From: a virus
Taxonomy: Duplodnaviria; Heunggongvirae; Uroviricota; Caudoviricetes
Strand: one strand, 5' to 3'
IMG/VR virus record: IMGVR_UViG_3300035655_000051
Span: 98,232-150,250 of that record
Length of the DNA stretch: 52,019 nucleotides
This document shows positions 20,942 through 28,228 of this stretch, piece by piece. The translations under genes were made by a program, and so were the position numbers. The notes beneath the pieces are model-generated. The model saw only the letters and a program-made list of their open reading frames with translations, did no database searches and was not told the DNA's origin. The number at the start of each line of letters is the position of its first letter. Within the stretch, counting starts at the first letter, position 1.

Positions 20942-21277
20942 TCACTTTTGTACTTTTGCTTTCCGCTCTGCTTCTAGCTTTACAAAGTCAAGCCCATATA
21001 AATCTTCAAGCTCTTCAAGGACGTGCTTGATTCCATATCCAATATGCATCTCGTTTGCGCCAAATTTATAATAGATATCGCCAAGCGCTTCAGGTTCAAG
21101 TCCAAGATCGTCAATTCGACCTCTGAATTTCCCATGGCCGTCAACGGTTACAGGATACCGAAAATCAGCGCCCCACTCATCAGTCCATCCGTTGTACGAG
21201 TCGCTATTTGCACATGTGTCGCCAATTCTGTATTCAAGTTTGCAAATGAGGTTCATAATGTCCTGATTGACTTTCAT
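20942..21277 (-). CDS. Intron cargo (antisense): hypothetical protein, 111 aa
   Basis: AAGGAG RBS on the minus strand, 12 nt downstream of the 215-aa gene. Confidence 0.75.
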   Translation of the reverse strand: MKVNQDIMNLICKLEYRIGDTCANSDSYNGWTDEWGADFRYPVTVDGHGKFRGRIDDLGLEPEALGDIYYKFGANEMHIGYGIKHVLEELEDLYGLDFVKLEAERKAKVQK

Positions 21278-21289
21278 TTTAATTCTCCT

Positions 21290-21937
21290 TTAAAAATTAC
21301 TCCCGCAGTTTTTGCAATGCCACTGTTTGCCGATCTTCCCGCTGGCAGCCCCCACGAGAGACACAGATACGGCGCGGCTCACAGTGCTAATCTTCTCGGT
21401 GTTCGTGGATTTGCAATAGGGACAGATGACACGCTTACCGCTGTCAAGGTCTTGCTGAGTCTTTATATGTTCATGCATTTCCTGCATCATTTTAGCGTCT
21501 TTGAGTGCCTGTTGTTTACGTTCTGCTTCTTTTCTCTCTCGTTCGATGCAACCCGGGTCGGCTTGTTCGCGGAGATAATCATGATACCATTGCACAAAAA
21601 GAGAATTTGCTCGTCTGTGTGGTTCTCCACTTTTACCTTCATATAGATGACTTTCTTTTACGAACAAAATCGCTTCCTTCATACACTCATCATACTTGAT
21701 TTTGAGATTTTTGTTTTCTATTAAAATTTGATCAGCCAAATAAGCATACACAATAGATATGTAAAAGTCATTATCATCTTCTAATGTTGGATCGTGCTTT
21801 AAATATTTATAATTGGGATATCGTTTTAATAAGCGCTTTCCCTCTTTTATCATAGCTCCTTTTGTGTAATTACTAAACATATTTTGAGCAACAGCACACT
21901 TAACATCGATATCTCGTTCTATTATGCCAAGCTTCAT
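21290..21937 (-). CDS. Intron cargo (antisense): protein with C-terminal zinc ribbon
   Basis: CPYCKS...WHCKNCG flanking a small Gly/Ala/Ser-rich hydrophobic segment; GAGGTG RBS. Confidence 0.8.
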   Translation of the reverse strand: MKLGIIERDIDVKCAVAQNMFSNYTKGAMIKEGKRLLKRYPNYKYLKHDPTLEDDNDFYISIVYAYLADQILIENKNLKIKYDECMKEAILFVKESHLYEGKSGEPHRRANSLFVQWYHDYLREQADPGCIERERKEAERKQQALKDAKMMQEMHEHIKTQQDLDSGKRVICPYCKSTNTEKISTVSRAVSVSLVGAASGKIGKQWHCKNCGSNF

Positions 21938-21982
21938 TTAATACACCTCATTGACAAATAATCTTAACCGACCATTAAGATT

Positions 21983-22011
21983 ATTATACGCTTTGACAAT
22001 CAATAAGTCAA
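21983..22011 (-). promoter_or_regulatory. Minus-strand sigma70 promoter straddling the 3' splice site
   Basis: Minus strand reads TTGACT-17 nt-TATAAT; the -35 lies in exon 3 and the -10 in the intron. Confidence 0.8.
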
Positions 22012-25000
22012 TGATTGAGCTCGGTAAAGGATTTGATGGAACTATTGAAAAGGCAATTTCTTCTACTGAAAAACTTAATGGTATTCCAAAAATCCTTCAG
22101 AAATTTATGATGTTTGGAAACAAAAAGGCTGGATTGTTAACAGAAATCGATGCGACTTCTTTTGAAGGTAATATGCTTGGGAAAGACATCCAAAATTATG
22201 TGGCTCAAATCGCCAATCTTGATAAAAATCAACGAAAAGCAATTGAAAGCACAACTAAATTTGGTGATGGTGTAAAAAGTGCGGCAGACGCTCTTCTTAA
22301 CGCGGTAGATGCTGGTGAAAAAATCAATTCCAAACTTTTCGAGTCCACTTTAAAATCGTGGTCTCATGGCGACATTTTAGCGGGCGATATTAACTCACTA
22401 ATGGCTGTCGGTAACATGAAGAATGGCGACAAGTATGCTCTCCCGGACACAAAACAAGCAATAAAAAACATTAACGATTGGGCGAATGCTGTAGAAAACG
22501 CCGAAGCAAAACAACGACTGCTTAATTCTGGTATTCTTGAAACAGATGGCTCAACTGTAAAACTTAGTAGCGGTTTCTTAAAGTTAATCCAAGTTGAAAA
22601 GACTGATGCTGCCGTTACTGCTGGTCTGACGGCAGAAAAAGAAATTCTCAATATTGTCATGCAAGCAGGCAAGCAACTTCTTGTAAGTATTGCAATTGGT
22701 GCATTTATTAAAGGTCTTGAAGTCGTATACAAAAAAATGACTCAGATTGACGATAAAATTGCCGAAGTCGCGAATGATTCCAAACAGCAGGCTGATAACT
22801 TGTCTTCTACCAGCAAATCTCTTAAAGATTTGGTTTCTCAATATGAAAAAATGGGAGACAAAACTTATAGAACAGCAGAAGAATCGGAAAAATTGGCAGC
22901 GCTTCAAGAGCAGATTACGACGTTGCTAAAAGATCAACCCGGTGTTAGCGAAGAAATGCTCAAGCAAGTTAATCTTCAGAACGCAAGCTATGACACTCAG
23001 CTTCAATTGTTAAAAGATATTGAAGAACAACAGCGTAAAAACGCACATAGAGATCTTGTAGATAATGTTGAAGACCAAGGGGATTTGCTGGTTGAAGCTT
23101 ATAAGAAAAAAGCTCAGAGATTCAAAGTCGGTGCAAATGCTGGCGAAAGAAATATTGTCAAAGAACTTATAAGAGACGGTTTTGGAAATTTTGAAGATGA
23201 TACAGGAGATTTTAATTTTAATATAGATCCAGAAGACCCTGATGCAATTCTTAATCTATATAATTCTCTTGGCGAAGAGGTTGATAAATTAACCGAAACA
23301 TATTCTGACGATGAGCTTGAAGGATTAAAAAATGTTAGAAAAGAACTCAAGCAATATATCGAAGATTATAAAAATGGTAAAGAACAACTCCACGACAATG
23401 AACTTCCAGATGTCACTAATGACGCGCTTAAAAAGCTACAGAATCAAAAAGAGCTTGCTGACAGTTTTACTCCTTCTAAACCTGCCGAAGAAGTAAATTT
23501 TGATGATAGCATAAAGAAAACAAAAGAATATCAAGCTGTATTAAAAAATCTTCAAGACACAAAAGAAAAATTTGAAGAAAAGGGCTTTGGTCAATACGGT
23601 AACATCAATAATCTAAATCGTGATATGATTTATTGGACGGACGAGAACAAAAAGAAATATCACGATTTTGCAGAGGAGAATCCAGACGATGTGGCTGGTG
23701 AGTATTCTACTGTTTTAGGCACTTATGACAATATTTATAATGGCGACAAGTCAATGCCCCTTATGACGTACACCCCTATGCTTCAAACTGATGATGGTCT
23801 TGTTCCTCTAACTAAAGAGCAGGTGCAGCGTTACATTGAGACGATTGCAGAATCTTCTTGGACTGAAGATAATACCTTAGACCTTGATAAGTTATTGAAG
23901 CTTGACGCTGAAGGACTTGAACAGGATATCAATGGTGAGATAGTTCGTGTAAAAGGTCTAATTGGTGGAATTGAAGGAACAAAAGGACCAGATGGGAACA
24001 TTCTAACAAAAGCAGACATTATGGCCATGTCAGGCAATAATAATCAGGAAATCATTTCTGATATGCAAAGAATGTATAACCTTAATCGTGCTGATTTGCC
24101 AAATGCGTCAGAAACTTTGAGTCGATATGTCGGTAATTCAATGCACGATATTCAAGGCGCTGTATCAGAAGCGGAAAAAGATGTCGATCGCGTTTACAAA
24201 TTGTTAGATACCAGCGCAAAGAAATCTTATGAAAATACGGCAAAATATTGCGATGAAGCAGCACAGAAACAATTTTCAGATTATACCGAAATCAAAAATG
24301 CTGTTGACACTTTAAAAGCTGGTGTATCTGGATTTGATACAACGAATCTTACGTCTTTGCTGAATAGCGATGGTGAAAACCTTGGCCGGATCGATACTGA
24401 AGCGCTTGAAAAGCTAAAGCAAATCATGACAGACTTCGGGTTTGATCCAACTGTTGCAGCCGACGTTCAAGCGTTTGTTGACACATTAAAGCAGCTTGAA
24501 ATTGTTTCCCCATCCGTAATTGAGAAGAATCAACAAATAGCACAATCTGTTACTGATGCAGCTACCCAAATGAGTAATGCTTCTCAGGGCATTGATGATA
24601 TGCAAAAAGCGTATCAAGCATGTAAATCTGCAGTCGATGAATACAATAAAACAAAATATGTAAGCGCCGACACTCTACAAACTCTTATGAATCTTAATCC
24701 GCAGTATCTTTCTATGCTACAAGATGAAGACGGACAATTGTCTATCAACACTTTAACAGCGAAAAAGCTTACAGCTGCTACGATTCAGACTCAGCGGGCT
24801 GCTTTGTTGGCAAACGCCGTCACTCAAATTCAACAAACCAATACGCTTGCTGCGGCGCAAAAAGTTCTTGGTGAAGCACAAGCTACCATTGGCAACGCAA
24901 CACAGATCCTTACTAGCGCATTGTATCAGTCGGCAGAAGAAGGTCTTGCAAATAATGGCAGTTTTGAGGAAATGCAAGCTGTTCTGTCAGCTGGTCATCA

Positions 25001-28000
25001 AATTATAAGCAATTATAAAATGATGGATAAGCTCTGGGCAGAACTGGCAAAACAGGACCCTGATAAAATTTGGGGTAAAAATAGCACATCTAAATCAAGC
25101 AAAACCGCAAAAGCAAGTAAAACAGCTCTTGATGCGTGGTCTAGTTTGTCATCTGCAATGAAAGAGTTTAATCAGCAGGGGTATATTACACTCCAAACAT
25201 TAAAGAGCCTTTCTGATCTCGAAGATCGATATGTTGCATTGTTGACTAAAAACGACGTTACAGGGCAATTGGAAATTCAAACAGACGCATTCTACAATCT
25301 TACCAAAGCTGAACTTAAAGCTGCACAAGCTAAAGGTGACGGCGTAAGTGAATCAGAATACAATAAGATTCTTGAATGGACAAATCGCAATATCAAAAAA
25401 CAAACTATGTCTTACTGGGATCTTGTTGCGGCGATTGAAGGATATTCTGCTGCGTTGAGCGGAGCCAAGGATATTACTGATACGTTCAAAGATGCATGGA
25501 GTAACGGCAAGACTGTCAAAGAAAAACAAGAAAAGAGTCGCGCCGGCGCACTTGATTATGAAGGTACTGAAGCACAATCCTCTGCTCTGCAAGACCTGAT
25601 GAAGTACAGTGAATATGACCCTGAATTGATTAGCAAGGCTTTCAATAAGGAAACTGGCAAAATTGATCTGAGTGGAGACGTGCTGAAAACCGCCGTTGCA
25701 AAATCTCTCGAGCAGTATGCCGCCGCAGCTCGCACTGAAGGCGGAGAAGCCGCTGAAGCTATTGCTGCAAGCTATGAAAAGTCTGCTGAGAATATTAAGA
25801 ACGATGTCATTTCTGTGCAGGACTTTTTTGATGGTCTTGGTTCTACGATTGAAGAAGTCAGTTCAAAGATTGATGAAGTGCAGAGTGCGTTTACAGATAT
25901 CGACGATATAAAGGATGAATATGATATATATGGCGGCCTGAGCGTAGACTCTTTGCAGAAGTTGCTCACTATGTCCCCTGACTATATTGCTTGTCTCGAG
26001 ATGGAAGGAGACCAACTCATTTTCAATCGCGACAAGATGGTCGAGCTCTTAATCGCACAGCTTGAGTCAAAGAAAGAATTCTTGCTGTCTAAAGAAGAAA
26101 CTAAGGATCAGGCCGAAATAATCCAGAAAATCATTGACGCTCTCCGAAAAGATGGTGTTAACGCTCTCGCTGGAATGAATTATCAGGCTGAAAAATTCAA
26201 ATCTGCTCTATCCGATGCAAAAGACATCCTTTCTTCTTTCCTCTCTCTCCTTTCGTCCGCAAATGACAAATCCAACAACGACCTCAAGATTTGGGGCGAC
26301 ACGATGAATAAAGTCATCGACAAGCGGATTGAGGCTCTGAATAAGCAGAAGGAAGCTTTGGAAGAAAACAACGAAGCCACCGAGCGTGCTATTGAACTTT
26401 CCAAGGCACAGGATGCTCTTGCCCGCGCCCAGCAACAGCGCACGACCCGTGTGTACACTGAGAATGGCTACGAGTGGCAGGCAAACGCCGAAGATGTGCG
26501 TACTGCACGTGAAGACCTTGCTGACAAGCAGCGCGAGTGGAATAACAAGGATGCCGAAAAGGCTATTGATGACCAAATCAAGAAGTACAATGAGTTCAAG
26601 GACAAGTTGTCTGAAGTCATGGATGATATCGGCAAGAGCTGGAAGGATTACCAGAAGGAACTTGAGTACACTGCGCAGATCCAGAAGATGACTCTATCTC
26701 AGATGGAAGGCTCACTGGACGGCTATCACAATAAGATCATCGCAAGCCTGAATACCGGCAGCGCGATCACCGGCATCCAAAATCTGATTACAAGCCTTGA
26801 ATCACTGATCAATACGCTTACGAAGGTAAATAACCTGTATTCCATGCTTAAAACTGGTGAGTACAAAGATCTCGGTATAAAAGGTCTGTGGAATACGATA
26901 AAAGGATTCTTTAATAAGGGTGGCGAAGAAGCAACTGGTGAGTCCGCTAATGTAGTTGAGAATTTCTTCAACGTCTTAAGGAGTAAAGTTCAGACTTCTG
27001 GGAACGGACTTGTTGAAACATTTAGCGGTATCTGGGAGAGGATCAAAGGTGGCGCTCGGAGCCTATTTAACGGTTCCGGCGAAGGCGGCGGCATCATTTC
27101 TACTGTTGTAAATGGATTCAAAGCAATCGGTAATGCTGTTAGTAAGAGCAAGATTGGTTCCACTCTTATTAAAGGCGCAGGAAAACTAGTCACTGGTGCT
27201 GGCGGACTTATCAAAGGCGCTGTTAGTGCTATAGGTGCTGCTGGCGCTTCTGCAATCCCTGTTGTTGGTGGTCTTGCTGCAGCGGCTGGTCTTGGTATTT
27301 ATAGCGGTGTAAAGGGTATAAAGCATCAAAAGGAGATCTGGTCCAACAAAGAAGACGGTTTTGGCAAAAAGGCTATAAAGTCTGTTGCGTCGTTCTTCTG
27401 GGACATCAGTCCGATTGGTGGAATCGTAAATCTATGTAAAGACATTTTCGGTAAGAGTAAAGAAACTGCCGAGAATACAAAAGATACTGCGAATAGTAGT
27501 TCTGAAACTGCCGAAAACACACAAAAGAGCGCAACAAATCTCACAATTAACGCTACACAGATCGTATCTAAAGAAGAGAATAAAGCAACTGACGAAACAG
27601 ACAAAAAGAATGACGCAATCGCCAATGAAGATAAAACAGTCAAAACGGCTGCTACAACTCTTACTGGTGCTGGTCTGGGCGCAGCTGCGGGTATGGCAAT
27701 AGGTGGACCTGTAGGAGCATTGATTGGTACTCTTTTAGGAGGTTTTGCTGGTTTCTTTTTGGGTGGTCACGCGAATGGTCTTAAATCTTCTAAAACGAAT
27801 CATTTTGCAAACGTTGACGAAAGAGGTTCAGAACTTATTGTTCGTAAGCCAGCTTCTGGACGTTATACATATCTTGAGACTGGCGATGGTGTTGTTCCTG
27901 CTGATATTACCTCTCGCCTGTTTGAGATGGGCGGCAATCCAGACAAGTGGTTCAGCGATCAATTGGCAAAACATAGTTCTGCTTCTATGGTACAAAGCCG

Positions 28001-28133
28001 TGACGCTGGTGGTATTTCCCTGTCTATTGGTGATGTGAATGTAAACAATCCCGTTGGTGATAGCGATGCACTGGCTCGTGAGTTGGTAAATCGTCTGCCG
28101 AACAAGGTTGTACAGGAACTGAATAGACGTTAA
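21996..28133 (+). CDS. Tail tape measure protein, exon 3 (2045 codons plus stop)
   Basis: Coiled coil, Gly/Ala-rich hydrophobic segments, C-terminal HANG...VDERGSELIV...GDGVVPA motif typical of tape measure ends. No convincing RBS at the ORF-track start 21951. Confidence 0.88.
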   Translation, partial: TINKSMIELGKGFDGTIEKAISSTEKLNGIPKILQKFMMFGNKKAGLLTEIDATSFEGNMLGKDIQNYVAQIANLDKNQRKAIESTTKFGDGVKSAADALLNAVDAGEKINSKLFESTLKSWSHGDILAGDINSLMAVGNMKNGDKYALPDTKQAIKNINDWANAVENAEAKQRLLNSGILETDGSTVKLSSGFLKLIQVEKTDAAVTAGLTAEKEILNIVMQAGKQLLVSIAIGAFIKGLEVVYKKMTQIDDKIAEVANDSKQQADNLSSTSKSLKDLVSQYEKMGDKTYRTAEESEKLAALQEQITTLLKDQPGVSEEMLKQVNLQNASYDTQLQLLKDIEEQQRKNAHRDLVDNVEDQGDLLVEAYKKKAQRFKVGANAGERNIVKELIRDGFGNFEDDTGDFNFNIDPEDPDAILNLYNSLGEEVDKLTETYSDDELEGLKNVRKELKQYIEDYKNGKEQLHDNELPDVTNDALKKLQNQKELADSFTPSKPAEEVNFDDSIKKTKEYQAVLKNLQDTKEKFEEKGFGQYGNINNLNRDMIYWTDENKKKYHDFAEENPDDVAGEYSTVLGTYDNIYNGDKSMPLMTYTPMLQTDDGLVPLTKEQVQRYIETIAESSWTEDNTLDLDKLLKLDAEGLEQDINGEIVRVKGLIGGIEGTKGPDGNILTKADIMAMSGNNNQEIISDMQRMYNLNRADLPNASETLSRYVGNSMHDIQGAVSEAEKDVDRVYKLLDTSAKKSYENTAKYCDEAAQKQFSDYTEIKNAVDTLKAGVSGFDTTNLTSLLNSDGENLGRIDTEALEKLKQIMTDFGFDPTVAADVQAFVDTLKQLEIVSPSVIEKNQQIAQSVTDAATQMSNASQGIDDMQKAYQACKSAVDEYNKTKYVSADTLQTLMNLNPQYLSMLQDEDGQLSINTLTAKKLTAATIQTQRAALLANAVTQIQQTNTLAAAQKVLGEAQATIGNATQILTSALYQSAEEGLANNGSFEEMQAVLSAGHQIISNYKMMDKLWAELAKQDPDKIWGKNSTSKSSKTAKASKTALDAWSSLSSAMKEFNQQGYITLQTLKSLSDLEDRYVALLTKNDVTGQLEIQTDAFYNLTKAELKAAQAKGDGVSESEYNKILEWTNRNIKKQTMSYWDLVAAIEGYSAALSGAKDITDTFKDAWSNGKTVKEKQEKSRAGALDYEGTEAQSSALQDLMKYSEYDPELISKAFNKETGKIDLSGDVLKTAVAKSLEQYAAAARTEGGEAAEAIAASYEKSAENIKNDVISVQDFFDGLGSTIEEVSSKIDEVQSAFTDIDDIKDEYDIYGGLSVDSLQKLLTMSPDYIACLEMEGDQLIFNRDKMVELLIAQLESKKEFLLSKEETKDQAEIIQKIIDALRKDGVNALAGMNYQAEKFKSALSDAKDILSSFLSLLSSANDKSNNDLKIWGDTMNKVIDKRIEALNKQKEALEENNEATERAIELSKAQDALARAQQQRTTRVYTENGYEWQANAEDVRTAREDLADKQREWNNKDAEKAIDDQIKKYNEFKDKLSEVMDDIGKSWKDYQKELEYTAQIQKMTLSQMEGSLDGYHNKIIASLNTGSAITGIQNLITSLESLINTLTKVNNLYSMLKTGEYKDLGIKGLWNTIKGFFNKGGEEATGESANVVENFFNVLRSKVQTSGNGLVETFSGIWERIKGGARSLFNGSGEGGGIISTVVNGFKAIGNAVSKSKIGSTLIKGAGKLVTGAGGLIKGAVSAIGAAGASAIPVVGGLAAAAGLGIYSGVKGIKHQKEIWSNKEDGFGKKAIKSVASFFWDISPIGGIVNLCKDIFGKSKETAENTKDTANSSSETAENTQKSATNLTINATQIVSKEENKATDETDKKNDAIANEDKTVKTAATTLTGAGLGAAAGMAIGGPVGALIGTLLGGFAGFFLGGHANGLKSSKTNHFANVDERGSELIVRKPASGRYTYLETGDGVVPADITSRLFEMGGNPDKWFSDQLAKHSSASMVQSRDAGGISLSIGDVNVNNPVGDSDALARELVNRLPNKVVQELNRR

Positions 28134-28228
28134 GCAGTACAATAAGCAAAAATAAATACGAAGTATACTTGGCTCAGGGTGGGTTGGGTAGGTTGAGATC
28201 GAGTATACATTTATAAAGGAGGGACGAG

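Larger units (their letters stand above)
19204..21995 (+). ncRNA. Group I intron 2 (2792 nt) with five cargo genes inserted after the catalytic core
   Basis: P1 GCTGGGT (19197-19203) / GCCCAGC (19233-19239) with U-G. P2 AATACTCC/GGAGTATT. P3 CCGAC (19324-19328) / GTCGG (19460-19464). Q-like AATCCGCAGGCAAG. P7 GAGAGCAT (19449-19456) / GTGCTCC (19507-19513). P10 TGATTGT (19226-19232) / ACAATCA (21996-22002). Terminal G at 21995. The join is in frame. Confidence 0.85.

Noticed and set aside
19636..21937. Homing endonuclease or IStron transposase within intron 2
   Set aside because: No HNH, GIY-YIG, LAGLIDADG, TnpA or TnpB/RuvC motif is recognisable. The zinc ribbon lacks HNH residues. A novel nuclease cannot be excluded without structure searches.
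21951..21995. TTG start of a stand-alone 2060-aa gene
   Set aside because: No RBS upstream; the first 15 codons are intron hairpin sequence, and the P10 match places the exon start at 21996. Independent initiation at ATG 22011 is not fully excluded but also lacks an RBS.
23580..24165. Intein explanation for the shared domain
   Set aside because: No Cys/Ser start with His-Asn end and no LAGLIDADG blocks.
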